A stretch of DNA of 64,000 bases from Paragordius varius (GCA_964247055.1 OZ176054.1:4278001-4342000); one strand, 5' to 3'; counted from the stretch's first letter, positions 12,163 to 28,073 are shown. The notes: generated by a model not told the origin, from the sequence alone. Translations and numbers: made by a program.

Positions 12163-13500
12163 CAGGTATGATACCAACCGAATGGAAGGAGAGTTTCACT
12201 GTTCCTATTTTCAAGGGTAAATGAGATATTAATGATTGTAATAATTACAGAGGGATAAGATTGATGTCGCATACAATGAAGTTATTTGAGAAAGTACTAG
12301 AGAAAAGAATAAGAAAAATGGTTAGTATAGAGGGTAATCAATTTGGTTTTATTCCAGGAAAGTCCACCATTGATCCGATTTACGCAGTAAGAAGGCTAAT
12401 CGAGAAGCATATAATGAAAAAGGAGTTGCATGTTATTTGTATTGATATTGAAAAGGCATTTGACAGAATACCTCGGAGCACAATATGGTGGAGCTTAAGA
12501 CGGAAAAAGGTCCCTGAAAGTTACATAAATTAATAAGCATGTACGAATCACACCAAACCAAAATTAAAACACACCAGGGAATATCTGGTCCTATTAAAAT
12601 AAACGAAGGGATCTATCAGGGGTCTGCAATCAGCCCGTTACTATTTATATGCATGGACGAAATTTCAAAAGAAGTAGAGCAACATGATGGCTGGTATTTT
12701 CTTTATGCAGACGACCTAATAGTGCTGTCCGACGAGTTGCATGAATTAAAAGAATTGGTGGGTAAATGGATTGATGTGTTACGACGATGCGGATTAAAAG
12801 TTAATAAAAAGAAAACGGAACTGATAAATTTTGGCGGGAAAAAACGAGAAATAGAATTATAAGAAGGGTGGGTATTAAAAGGTCAGGAGGAATGCAAATA
12901 TTTAGGAGCGATATTAGCAGCAGATGGTTCTTTAACACTTGATATTAATTTAAGATTTCGAAATAGTTGGGCAAATTATAAAAAGATCTCAAATGTTTTG
13001 TGCTACAAAAATATTGATCTAAAAGTAAAGGGTAAGATTTACAGTGCTGTTGTACAACCAACAATGATGTACAACTCACAGACATGGGCAATAAAGAAAT
13101 CAGAAGAGAGGCACTCTGAGGTTACTGAAATGAGAATGCTTAGATTGATGTGCGGTGTAACGAGGAATGGCAAGGTGAAGAATGTCCACATAAGAGAAAG
13201 TACGGAAATCAAACCGGTAACGCAAAAGATCATGGTAAATCGTTTAAGATGGTTCGGACATGTTGAAAGAAGAGATAATAATTACATTGGTAAAAAGATT
13301 GATGATTATATTGTGAAAGGCAGGGGAAAAGGGAGCCCTAAAACGCGATGGATAGATACAGTTAAGAGGGACATGGCAAAACTGAACCTAAAACGCGAAG
13401 ACTCCTTAGACAGGGTTCTATGGCGAAATAGTTTACGGATATGACCGCTCGAAAGAGTGATATCATATAATGTAATTATTATTATTATTATTATTATTAT
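12163..13500 (+). mobile_element. 5'-truncated RTE-clade LINE, frameshifted; same family as 45284-48510
   Basis: RT fragments (ORFs 12261, 12539, 12998) nearly identical to 47186-48510; (ATT)n tail; TATAAT on both flanks (12157-12162, 13501-13506). Confidence 0.92.
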
Positions 13501-13544
13501 TATAATTGACAAAGAAACGTGTCACAAAAGAAACCGTTATAATC

Positions 13545-13965
13545 TAGTATGGCGCACCTGGAATCATTATTGATACGAAAGGCCTCAAAAGTCATTGTAT
13601 GGTGGCGTATTTTTCAGGACAAGGGCCTAATTAAGAGGCAATTTAATAAAACGGCTCTACTTAAACTTTTGCCTTTTTAGAGTAATATTTTAAGCCCTCA
13701 TTGAACTCATATCTGATAAGTTTTCTAAAATTTGCCTCCAAAGTCACGCTGTCTCGATATGGTGGCGAAGTTGTAGGCGGGTAGCCTCCTACTCAGAAGC
13801 CAATACAAAATGACATCCGATAAAAAATTTTGCCTTTACAGAGGAATACCTGGAATCATCATTCATTCCATATGTTTTTAATAGTTTTTGGAAAAATTGG
13901 CTCAAAATAAAAAAGTCATTCTATAGTGGCGCCTTTTTCAGGGCATGGGTCTAATTATGGAAACA
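13545..13965. repeat. Imperfect direct duplication (~300-bp period)
   Basis: ACCTGGAATCAT(T/C)ATT and AAAAGTCATT(G/C)TAT(G/A)GTGGCG..TTTTTCAGG..GGG.CTAATTA each occur twice, about 290-310 bp apart. Confidence 0.55.
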
Positions 13966-14150
13966 TCTCAAATTCCAAAAATATAACTTTAAAGAATAAG
14001 TCATTTATGATTGTGCACTGAAATATAATTGTAAAAATTGCCATTTAATAATTGTGTTTTTATAAAAAAATAATATCCTAATATTACGCTGATAATGGTT
14101 AAAAGTTATTTTTATATTCTTGTTTTAATATTTTATCATCAAAGATAAAC

Positions 14151-14294
14151 CGTTTTTATTGACTGGGAAAACGTTTTTATTGATTGAGAAAATGTTTTTA
14201 TTGACTGGGAAAACCTTTCGATTGACTGGGAAAAGTTTAGATTGATTGGGAAAATGTTTCGATCGACTAGGAAAACGTTTATTTGACTGGGAAA
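14151..14294. repeat. 21-bp minisatellite, ~7 copies
   Basis: Consensus CGTTTTTATTGACTGGGAAAA in head-to-tail array. Confidence 0.9.
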
Positions 14295-16666
14295 CGGTAT
14301 ACATAGTGTGTGTGTTATATTTTGTGCCACATGCGCCAAACTGGATTTTGTGATACTTTTTTTTGTCCATTATTAATTTAAAAATTATTGATATATAACA
14401 CATTTAATTTATTTTTTGTTCCCACATGATGCTATTTGGGCTAAAATGAGTTTTTAATAAATATATTTTTATTTTCACGAGGTTTATACGAATAAACTCT
14501 CTATTTATGTAAAATACAGTATTCGTTTTAAAACCAAACAGTTGTAAAATTTAACGGTGAAATATTGTTATCAATAGTTTTAAGTCTAATTAAATTATAT
14601 AGATATAATGAAAAAAATGGTCACATTTTAAATCAATAAAATCACAAATGAACCAAATCGATTTTTATTAAGGAATAATGGGATACTTAATGTGTGTCAA
14701 CTAAGCTTTGAACGATAATCCGGTTCCTGAGATTTTAGCAGAAACCTGTTGCGGTCGGGTTGGGACCAACCCGGTTCTTCATATTTTAGGAATCACTCCG
14801 GTTCCTGCCAAAAATGTTAATTATTAAAATTATTATAAGTTGCGCTCTAGAATATTAGAAAATTATATAGAAAATATCGTAGTTAAATTTTTATGGAATG
14901 TAAAAATGCATTACAGTAAATATTGCAAATAAGCTTATTTTTTGTAAATTTTTTTAGTGTCAAAAAGCCTCGGTGGTATTAATCCGCTCAATATATCTCC
15001 TATTTAAAAAATTAATTCCACTGAGGTCACTTTTGCACCTTATAAAATAAGGTTAAAAATATATTTTTAGTATTTAATGTATTACACTAGACAACAGATT
15101 TTTCTGCCACTCGAGTTATATGCATTTTCTGATATTTAATATCATTTTAACAGTAAATCTGGATTAAATATTATAATGCTACCAAAGAATTTTTGGTAAT
15201 TCGATTTTTATATTATGCGCCATCTTTATCAATATTTTACTAAAAAATATTTTTCTTTGAAAATATGGGACAAATCCCCACTTGTAATTAGTCGAAACAA
15301 TAATGAGATCTCTATTGAATGCATACTAATATGTTTTAGCACGATAGTTAATATTGGAGATAGGAAGCGACAAGCACGCGAATCAAGAGCGTTTTCATCA
15401 ATAAATATTTTTTAAAACTAATCGATGTAAATAACTCAAACTTTGTGATGGCAATGAATTTTTAAAAAGATAACAGGAAAAAGTTTTTTTGATTAAAGTT
15501 GTTTATTGCTTTAAAAAGCCATTTTTATTTTTTCAAAAATAATTACCATATCATTTAATTATTTATTTTCCTTTAAAAGGCTTAAAAATTCCAAAGATTA
15601 GAAATAAAGTTTAAAGCATTCTTCATATTTTTAACCACTATGTAAATTTTGAATTATAACTATGCATTTTAGCATCCACTATGTAAAACTCCTATTTCAA
15701 AGATTTTTTAAATTATTTGCTAATGTAGCCCTAATAATTATATTGACATAATTTATATGATTTTTAAATTAGTTTGTCGGTGAAAATTTTGACTTATTTA
15801 TGAATTCAAGATTTTGACCATATAAATCGAATAACATTTACATCCCATTGATTTAAATGACATACTACCGCTCGAAAGATTCAGTGTTTTGCGCTTTTTC
15901 GAATGATATAAAATACATGGCTATACATTTAAAATTTTAATTTTGGAATTTCGAGTTTGATGTTAAAGCGGGGTTAAAAGTTTTTGATAAACTCTAATAA
16001 AAAATTTTTAGGTGTTACCATTTTTTTCAGATATGCTATTTATGTAACTTTAATGAAATAAATTTTAAAACAATGATGGCACCTAAAAAAGTCAAAATTT
16101 GTTGTCTAGCGTATACCCTTATATTTTCACCTATTTCGAATCTAAAGTACAGGGAGTAAACACAAATACACGTTTAACTATTTAGTAGATAATGCCATAT
16201 AGCTTCACTCAATTTTTAGTTATATGTTCCGCGAAAAAAATGAATGTATTTTTGTTAGACCTGTGTGCCGTAATATTATATTTTTAAGGTCTCAAAAACA
16301 GTATTATAAGAAAGAGAGCTAGAGAGGAGACAAAATCGTATTATTTCAATTTTTTTACATGGGACATAATATAATATTTTTTCTTTTATTTATATATGTT
16401 ATGAGTCAAACGTTTCAGTTTATAGTTAGCAAATGTTTTGTCTGTAATAAATCGATATACCCAATTGTTTAATCGTATCGTATAATTTATATATAACGAA
16501 TATTTTTGTTGAACATATAAGTAGGATATGAAAACAATAAATTTAGATATAATTTTTATATTACATGAATTATCAGCCAGATGTTGCATTTTCTCTATCG
16601 AATAGATATTCATGAATTATGTTATAGATTCTAAGGTTATTGTAAAGTAGCAAATGGAGGCCCTTA

Positions 16667-16739
16667 CCATAAAAGGGAATGTTTGATTAAAATCGATAAA
16701 ACAACAAATATAAATTGATGTTTTGTGTGAGCATGCAGT
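16667..16739 (+). promoter_or_regulatory. Putative actin promoter: CArG box, TATA box, initiator-like site
   Basis: CCATAAAAGG (perfect CC(A/T)6GG) at 16667-16676, TATAAA at 16709-16714, TGCAGT at 16734-16739. Probable 5'-UTR intron GTAATT (~16769) to TTTTAG (16927). Confidence 0.55.
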
Positions 16740-16932
16740 AATATAACACACACATATTGGAAGTAATTTCATATTTGATTTTTATTTTATATAATTTTTT
16801 TTCAATATTCACATACTTTTCTTCTATCTATTCCGAATTCATAAAGTATAGAACATATCTATTTATAATCCATTAATCGACAAAATTATATATAGATTAA
16901 TCTTATTTAACAACACATCTTTTTTAGAATAA

Positions 16933-18476
<1,544 letters not shown>

Positions 18477-20256
18477 ACTGCTACGCATTCACTTTTACTT
18501 CCTCCCCTCCCCCACCCTTTTTCTGCTTACGTTTTATTTTTTGGGAAAATTTCTGTATTTTCTAAACTATCATTATAATGATTATAACAAATTTACTACT
18601 GTAACTTTTTTTGTTTAGTTTATTGCCTTACTCTTTCAATGAAAAAAAAACGCAAATAAATATTATGTTAATTTATTTTGTTCAATTTTCGTATATTTGT
18701 ATACCTGGGAAACTACATAGCCTTTTTATGATTACCTATATTTGATTAATAAATATTTGTATTGATATTAATTTGTAACTTTATATATACCAAAAGCTTA
18801 GTATTGTAAAATATTTTTTATACTTGAAATTTGTCGATCACATAAATTATTTTTTCTGCGCCATTTTTATCAGCAATTCATAGTTAGATTAACAGGGATG
18901 AATCAAAATAATTTGAGTATTTTTAAACTTCATAAAAAAATCTGGTATATCTTAAATATTTAACAAATGTATGAAATTTATGATGAATTTCAGAGATTGT
19001 GTAAAAATATATGGCTATTAAACAAATTTAACCGAAATTCGAGCAAGAAAAAATGAGATTTGTGATGTTCCCCTGAAGCTGGTTTTACAAACTGTCTAAT
19101 TAAATTATGGTAGTTCATAATAAGTTGAAATCTTGACTAAACTAGGGGTCGACGTATACTTCCCGTAATATAAATATATGTTATGAGAAATATTGTAATG
19201 GTTATTTTCCCAGCCATATATTTGTTAAGTAAAAATTATTATCACAACACATTTGATATACCAAAATATATGGAATAGGCTGACATTTACGCGCCCATTC
19301 ACAAGAAGACGGAGAAAATATATTCTTAATTTGCCTCATTCATTTTCTTTCTTTTTTTGACTGGGAATCTAACCTTTCGGATTATTAAAGTCCGCATTTA
19401 ATGGTATCGATCCCAAAGAATTTTGGCTGTTAAAAGTTTTTTTTCCGGTTACATTTTTTTGTTTAACATTGAAATTAAAAACTTGTTTAGAACCGTTTTT
19501 TAAATATTTTTTGGTTCCAACACAGTATAAGTCTGTGTTTCCGGTTTTAATCTTTATATCATAATACTATGGTGATTATTATATCGTAGGGAAAGATTAA
19601 ATATTATAATCAAGTATTTTATGCTTATATTTAAATATTGAGATTCCTATTAGTTCCAATTAATTATCGACTCCACAAAGCTTGCAATTTAATAATAATA
19701 GATAATCTTTTCAAGCAACGCTAACTCTTTTTCAAAGTGGATTATGAATGTTAGATTTTTTTAGTTTATTCGAACCTAATTACTCCATTTCGTCAGACTT
19801 CTAACATCCAAAAATGATTATCAAAGGTATATTTTTTAAGTATTTTAATAATTTTTTCTCTTCCTATTGTATGATGTAAGCTTTATATACCTGTGATTAT
19901 CATTATTTCTTATATCCGTTTATTTTTATAAATTTTATCCATACCGAAAACTTTGATAATCTATATAATTATTTTGTTATGCATTTTTATCCCTTGATTT
20001 ACACTTCCATGGACTTGTTATTTATTATAAGTTATTTATCATAAGTCATTTATTTTAAGCAGTTTCGTCGCTAATTAAACATGCGTCAAACTCATCTTCC
20101 ATAAGATAAAAAATCTCGTTTATTCCATATACTGGAATTAACATTTTCAATACCATATGAATACAATAAATATGTGTCTAAATAAGCTTACCTATTTTTA
20201 ATTCACCTAAAGATATTCGCTACTAATTATATACATTTATGCCAAATCAAATTCAC

Positions 20257-20295
<39 letters not shown>

Positions 20296-21094
20296 TTTTA
20301 TTATAAGGATCAACTCAATATTTTTTCCCTTAAAGCTTGGAGTTTTTATTAACGAGCTGTATTCATTGATGTTGCACTGAGCGTCATTTGGATGGGTTGT
20401 CAATAGCTTGTTCTTAAAAGTAGTATCTTTTTCGTTGTTTATAGGATTAACTCTAATGTTTGCTATAACTTTCTGAGAGATATGAATGCGGTTTTCTCAT
20501 ACCATGATATAATAATAATAATAATAATAATAAAGATATGTCATATACAATAATTTAAAATTTAGAAAAGTAAGACTTTAGCCTGATTTTTACCTATTTA
20601 GAGTATTAAAAATCGGTCAGTTTCAACTCCTATCTCGAAATGTAAATTTCACTAAATAATGTAACACAAGTATTTTAGATGAAACATTAAAGAAAAATAA
20701 TGATATAATAAAGTGTCAAAATACGACTTTTGGGTATAATAAAGATGATTTTTAAAATGTTTTCTACGAATAAAAACATTTAGACTAAATTAGATGGCTT
20801 ATAAGTTCCTGGTGTTGTCAAATAAGTTAAAATAAGATAAATTAAATTATAGTCAATCATATATATTACATAATAAATAAATTGTGGCATTTTTGCCTTA
20901 TCAAGATTATGAAGCTTTAATAATTATTACTTCCATTAAATGCTGTAATTACTTTGTATAACCCTTTATTAGTCATTCGGTGTTTAATCGGCTAAAAGAG
21001 TAATTAATTTACATGTCTGTTAGCATGTAGGAAATTTTTCAGTTTTAATAGTTATATTTTGAGGTAGTTTTATACCCCAGAGCGATTCAATATT

Positions 21095-21355
21095 TGATTA
21101 TCAAAAACATACTTTATTTAGCTTTTAAGGCGCATGTTATTTGCTGGTTAAATGAAAATTAAAAGATTTCTATAATAAATACATATTTTAAACCATAATA
21201 AAACATTTATTGCCTGCCGAATTAACGATTAAAAAAATTCAAAGAAAAGGGGCGATAATGTTTGGAATAAGGAATTTTCTACATTTTTGCATTTTTTAAA
21301 AAAAAATTTGAAGCATGCGCCTAAAAATTTAAAGAAAGTATTTTTTTGAAATTCC
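21095..21355. repeat. Degenerate inverted-repeat (MITE-like) element
   Basis: CAAAAACATACTTTATTTAGCTTTTAAGGCGCATG versus CATGCGCCTAAAAATTTAAAGAAAGTATTTTTTTG; a related motif occurs near 48618. Confidence 0.45.
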
Positions 21356-22604
21356 AAATACCTTTATTATTTTTAAGATAGTTAAATTTGAAATCGCTTT
21401 TCGATATTAAACTTTCCGAAAAGTAATGGACTTTTAATTGATGCGGATAAAAAATAAGTTGATACGTGTTTGCGAAATCATGTTAGAATAATTTTATTAT
21501 GCGACAACACATGAAAATATAAATTTAAAATTCGTTTTTAAAGTGAAAGTTTGAAACTTTACTAAAAAACCAAAATATATTCTTTATATTTTTGAGATAT
21601 TTAATTTAATTGTATAAAATTGAATTAAATAAATAAATCTAAATTAAATGCGGTTATATAAATTTAAATATAAAAAGTGAATAGATTCAGGCAGGTATAT
21701 AAATATTAGTAATCGTTTTTAGATTATTAATAAATCATCTTTTAAAGCTTTTTAAACAAATATTTTAAAAATTATTTAAGATTTGGGCCAAATTTAAATA
21801 TATGCATTCTTTAGTTTTTTAGGTTCAATATTATAACAAAAATTGATGAGATTGCAAAAAAAAATTTCATCCAAACTTCTCCGCCATTTTTTCATTCTTT
21901 TTAAAACGCTAATACAATAGGCAAAATGCGATATTTATTGATTTTAACAGTTAATTGTTTTTAAGGGCTATTCCAAATTCAGACTTAAGAAATTTGAGAA
22001 CTGTATAGAATAAAACCTTTCTAATCCAAAACTGATCGTTGAATTTAACTAAAGCAACCTAAAAGTATTTTGTTTACAAATTCAAAAAAATATTCTACAA
22101 GTAATTGAGCAGGTAAGTAGTGTTAAATTTTGTACAATATGGATAATAGATTTCAAAATTGTATTTTTCCATTTATAACTTGGAACTCTGACGATGCTCT
22201 AAAGAAAATTCGGGATCGATAAATTTATTTTAATATGATTTATTTTACGGTGATCTCCACAACATTTATTTATACTTATATATTTTATACAGTGAAAATT
22301 ATAAATTTTATGGACAAATAAAAATATAAAGACAACCATACTTTTTTAAATCCAATTTATCCCATATATATTATTTATTTACAATTATACAATATATAAT
22401 TGTTTGTGTTGCCAATATACATCTCTTCTAGTTACGCAATTTTAAACAAATATTTTTTTATTAAAAATTCAGGATTAAAAGAGTATAGTTCAGGGGTAGC
22501 TAATCTTTTTTTCCCGCGGCCTACTTTTTTTGGGAGAAAATTTCACGCGGCGCCTATGAAAATAAGTATTAAAAAATTCATTTATCACTTCGACACAATT
22601 GATG

Positions 22605-22608
<4 letters not shown>

Positions 22609-22641
<33 letters not shown>
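22609..22641. repeat. (TA)n microsatellite (others at ~20260-20287 and ~56890-56908)
   Basis: Pure AT dinucleotide run. Confidence 0.9.
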
Positions 22642-22643
<2 letters not shown>

Positions 22644-23245
22644 GATTGGATTGACTAGCAGGGGCCATTTTAAAATAAATATTACGAAAAATATTTATTT
22701 TCACTCCATATAATTGTGTTTCGAGATAAGCATTTGCTTTTTATTAATTCTTTAATTTTTATTTTGCCTTCGAATTTTCAAACAGCTTCAGAAGATTTAA
22801 TAAAAGTCTCTGTCCAAAATTCATTTCCTGAAAAGATTTGTTGTTTTTTATTGGAATTTGGAATATTTTGTAAGTTGCAATTATAGATTTTTTTTGCTGT
22901 ATTAATGCAATGTTTCTGAGGATTTAGTTGCTCTTTGAATAGCTTGATTTTTGAATTACGAATATCTGAATTGTATTTTTGACAGTTTTATGAAGCGTAG
23001 TAAATCTTTGCACATTTGTTTTTTTAGACAAAGCCAAGGTGAGGTTGCATATCAAACAACTACATTTATCATTAATCTATATGTAAGTAATCTTCCCATT
23101 AATTTTTATAACGATATATTTTAGCAGTTTGGAATTTTTAATCATAATATAATATAAGTTTAATTTCAAAGGTTACCTGCATCTCTTTTTTAGCTAAATT
23201 TAAGCTATTTTCAAAAATAACAAACGATATAAGATTCAAATAAAA

Positions 23246-23662
23246 TCTATATATTTATAAAAATGGAAAATGCTGGCTTTGTGATCTGGTGGAAAACTGG
23301 TAGACCCAATCAAATCCAAATATCGAAAAAATATAATCATTAATAAATGTCCCGACAATAGCTTCGCCCTTTTTTTGAAATAGGCCCCCAGTTCGGGCCC
23401 ACCCCGTATGAAAAACGGGTTTTTTTGAAAACAGAAGTCCACAAAATCGTATCTTTAAGACAATTTTCCGGAGAACGTGGACCATTCAATTTCAAATATG
23501 ATTTTGTTTACTTATTTTCGATTGCGCTGAACATAGTCGTCTCGCTTTTTTAATTTAGGCCCTCTTTTTACCCGCTCCCCCCGTAAAATGCCATTCCCCC
23601 CCCCCCCCCCAGAAATCCGAAGGACTTCCTCGGGCTGCGCAGCAGCACGAGATTTACGCTAG
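23246..23662 (+). mobile_element. Non-autonomous Helitron nested in the hAT element
   Basis: 5' A|TCTATATATTTATAAAAATGG; 3' hairpin CTCGGGCTGC-GCA-GCAGCACGAG, 7 nt, then CTAG|T. Confidence 0.75.
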
Positions 23663-24070
23663 TATATGTATAAATATTTTTAATAAAATAAAAACAACAA
23701 TTAAATATAAATTTTTAAGTAAATTTTTTTACACACAATATAATAATATATTATAATTTGTGGTAAAAATCTATTTAAAAATATTTTTTACATTTTATAA
23801 AAATTTTCAAGAGGTCACTTTTCGAAACCTCGCAGTCATGAAGTTGACCGCGGTGACCGTTTGGCCACCCCTGGTATAGTTGTCTTTTGAAAAAAATATT
23901 TATCTTTATATATTGTATAAATTGTTAAAACATGTAAATTTTTAAATGTATTAAACTTTCTAAATAAAATTATTGCGAACTATATTACTCAAAAAAGAAT
24001 GATCATACATGCCAGACAAACATGAATTAAATTTAATTAGAGCTCTCCTTAATAGCATTGTTCCTTATTA

Positions 24071-24650
24071 TTAACACTTGGATACAACACATTCATTTTA
24101 GTCCTTCGATTCAAATTGGGGTAATTAAATACCCTAGGCCTGTTTAAAATTAAATTCTTTGAAAAATATGGTAGGAATCGAAACAATGGCAAAAGTGTGC
24201 ACTTATATAACATTAATGAACCCAAATATAAAAATAATTTCATTCAAAAATACTTGATATTACTTATTATAAGATAAAACCCAAAGGTAAAAATTTAGTC
24301 AACCTAACAATGCATTACCAAAATATAAAATAATACAAAATAAACCACTTTTTCTGTTTCTATCAATTTTAGATGTGATTTGAATAAAAAATTAGCTTTA
24401 ATTATAGTTTTTAAAATATGTAATAACGATATACTGAATAAATGTTGTAAAATAAAAATGGCGGCGAAATAGTTTGATATGGAACTTTTTTTCAAACTAA
24501 ATTTTATAAAGATATTTCAGCGTTTTTATATAATTTTTAGGATAATAGAAGGATAAATTTGAACTGGGAACGTTTTTGTCAGAAGTTTTTAAAAATATCA
24601 AATTCTATATCTGGGGTATTTAGATACCCCAATTTGAATCGAAGCGTTAA
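24071..24650. mobile_element. piggyBac-like TTAA MITE (copy 3, complete)
   Basis: TTAACACTTGGATAC ... GAATCGAAGCGTTAA, with subterminal inverted repeat. Confidence 0.8.
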
Positions 24651-26088
24651 TACAGCTTAGCACTAATAAGGATATGGATTCCTACAGTAAATTTTGCGAG
24701 AATACTTTAACTTGAAATGGCAATTTTGTGTTGAACGATAAAGCAATTACTAAAGTATTATTTTTTCAAAGATTTTGTCTTCATTTGTAGATTTTTTATA
24801 ATTATAAATCCAATTATTTTAACTTGAGTATTGAGGAGTGTTTCCTCTAATTCAGGCTCTTTAAACATTTGATTAGAGGCTAATTTTGTGCAATATATTT
24901 TCAACATATCACACTTATATTCAACTAGAAAGCGTTTTCATACCGCTTCCACCATGCTTTGAAATATCCATAAATTAAATAAATCAAAGTAAGCATTTTT
25001 TAGTAGTTTTATTATGTTATAATCCAAATTCATTAATCCTTAATTTGAACACATACATGTTTTTTAAAGTTGTGTTACAAAAAATAAACTTTAACATAAT
25101 GGTGGATAGAATTTGTTAGTTAAAAAAATGTTTTTTTGCAAGGTCAAGCTGTTTTACTCCAAATCATTTATGTGTGACAAGCAGCCAATTTAAGGGAAAA
25201 CACCCAAGTTTCCAGATAGGTTTGAATTTTGGGCCGATTATTTATACGTCACTCATTTAAGAGGCGGTATTTATGTTAAAACCGTTATCTACCTTAAGCG
25301 TAATTCTTTTCTGCTTCCAAACCATAATTTTTCGTTTTTACACCTCACCGAATTCTGAGTTTTAGGTGCCTACTTTCTATAATTTGTATGGATATCAAAA
25401 AAATACATTTGTGACATAGCATATAGAGTTTTCATTTATTATACAGAACCCGTTTTCTTTGCATTCGACTTAAATTGTCAGTATAAATCTTTATTCGTTA
25501 AATAAGATTTACCCAATCATACATTTACGAAATCTATTAAAGTCTTAATCCAAACAATTTTCGAGGTCTAGGTTTATCATCTACCCGTCAAACGTATTCA
25601 TAAGCAACAAAAGACAGAATATACAATTACATTTATCACAAAATATAAACTTTAAATTTATGACATAATTAATCCGTTCGCTACCTGAGATAATATATGT
25701 TTTTTTTTCAAATAAATGAAACTTAGTTTTTATAAATTCCAAGCTTTTAACATTTGATATTTTTGGAACTTTTTTTGACCATATTTAAAACGGTTATAAT
25801 TTCTTTCTCTAGTTAGCGAACGAGTTAATAATCATATTTTTTAATACAAAAAGTAAAAATACCAGTGTGCAAAAATAATGTTTTCAGGCGAAATTTATAT
25901 TTTTTTATTTAAAACCATCATATATAATTTTTTACGAAAAGACTTATTTCAAAATATGATTCCTGTTTAGAGCTTTACTTTGCAATATCGATTGTTAAAA
26001 CGCAAATTTATAAATTATGTATTTACCTTTTGATTTGCAAAGTACCAATTCTTATCCTAAAATTGGCACAATAGGATATATGCTAGAT

Positions 26089-26738
26089 CAGGGATGTCCA
26101 ACAGGTGTTTCTTGAGCCACGTGGCTCTTAAAAATTTTGGGAGGCTCTTTTAGCGTTGTATTTTTTTAAAAAAAATTTTAAAATGATTTGCATAAAATTT
26201 ATTTATAAATTTTTTATTATTTTTCATCACATTCGTTAAATCATTTATTTCCACACAATCTAAAAATCTTTAGAATACTTGCCACTAAACTTTTTTTGGT
26301 AATTATTAGTGAATATATTTCTGATAACGACAGTCCCATTTTTAATATAGCAATATCCTTATTTTGTATATATAAATATTGCATGCTAAAGACAGGTAAG
26401 CAAAGCGGGGTAAGTTTAAGTTGTCTTCCGTATCATCCATTTCGCGAATAGAATTTTTTGTAATATATTTATATATGTGCTTTCATCAATCGCAGATATA
26501 TTTAAAAAAAATTTAATTTGTCCATGCATTTCATTTTATTTTTACACATAGTGGTACAATTTAACGGCAAATTTAGCAATATTATAATATTTTTAAGTTA
26601 ATTTGTTTAAATTAACACGTCTATATATGTTTAAATTAAATTTGATACTTATGTCTTGATATATATTATTTCAAATGTGGCTCTTCGGATTTTTGAGGCA
26701 GAAAATGTAACTCCTTAAGCCATCTGTTTGCACCCCTG
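26089..26738. mobile_element. hAT (Buster-type) MITE, 650 bp
   Basis: Perfect TSD TGCTAGAT; ends CAGGGATGTCCAAC / GTTTGCACCCCTG. Confidence 0.88.
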
Positions 26739-28073
26739 TGCTAGATTATTGCGCCAAAAGATTTTTTTGAAAAAAAGCAGATTTTGTTGAAACGTGTGTA
26801 CTTTTAAAGCATGTTGGAAACGGTAAAACACCTTATAATGTCAAACATTTCTATCGATTATTACATCTCAAAGTACATAAGCTGAAATTATGTTTCAAAA
26901 TACCATACTTGAACATAATTTTGCTAAGATTTAAACTTATCTATGTAAAATTCAAAAACAAACTTTTTATGATCTCATGAATAATCATATATTTAAAATG
27001 TCATCGGCCTATCTCGGCATTTTTGCTTTTATTTTAAAAAAACTATCCAATTTTCGATAGTAAAAATTTGAAATTTTTAAAGCCTATATCTAGATATTAA
27101 ATTCAATATAAAAATAGCTTTTTAAATATAGTATATATCTTAATCTTTAAAATTTTCATAGTTTTAATCAAAAAAAATATTTAGCAGATGTGTGCTAATT
27201 TATTTTATCTGAAAAAATTATAAAAGTAGAAACTTTCTTAAATCACCCGTAACGCTCTAAACAAAAGCACCATTAAATTCTGATATATTTTTTTATAATA
27301 ATATGGATAATACATCATAAAAATTCAACATTAACACTTCATTAAGTATGAATTTTTTGTAAAAACATTTTAAGGTGTTTTTTGGAGCATTGGCTTAAAT
27401 TTATAACTAAAATATTTTAGAAAAAGGTCTTTCACTAAAATATAATGGGGAAACATTATTGTTTAGGCATGGGATCCGACAACATGCGTCGAGTGCAGAG
27501 TTCAATATCCAAAATGCCCAATTTCCCATCCTGACTAATAGCAGGAGTGTTATAGCTTTCAAGGGTTTATACAATTTAATTCCTTTCAAATAAAAAAAGA
27601 TATTTTAAACGGTATATCCAATATTCGCATAATTTTAAATTTATCGTCAAAAAATTATAAATTAATTGTAATCTAAAGTGTCTTTCAAACCATATCGTGT
27701 CAAATAATTTATATAATTCAAGAAATTTAGTTTATTGCGCTTTTAATGATTTAAAATACACAACCATAAAATTCTGGGTTTAATGTTATAGTCCAAATAT
27801 TTAGGGGATTGAATGAGAAAATTATAAAGGAAAACAATTCTTTTATATTTGGTTCTGTAACCAAATAAAGTTTACGCTGTTACAAATAAAAAGGCTGATC
27901 GATAAAAATATCAAGTGATATGTTTTTTAACTTATTACGATTGGAAAAGTTATTTACAATTAATATAGGAAAGACACCCGATTTTTACAGTTTATTACCA
28001 TTTAAATATATAAAAGAATGTAGTATATTATTTAATGTATATACATTTATTTATCATATACATAAAACAAATT

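Larger units (their letters stand above)
22491..23873 (-). mobile_element. Internally deleted hAT (Buster-type) element with perfect 8-bp TSD
   Basis: GTATAGTT on both flanks (22483-22490, 23874-23881); ends CAGGGGTAGC / GGCCACCCCTG. Minus-strand transposase N-terminal relic (~23135-22700: YRYKN..DKCSCLICNLTLALSKKTNVQR..CLSRNT) is homologous to 7754-8299. Confidence 0.88.

Noticed and set aside
14151-14294. CRISPR-like array
   Set aside because: Head-to-tail repeats with no unique spacers, eukaryotic context, no cas genes.
27407-27589. Additional downstream SRRM1 exon
   Set aside because: No frame is RS-rich or homologous, and SRRM1 exon 4 already has a stop and a polyadenylation signal.
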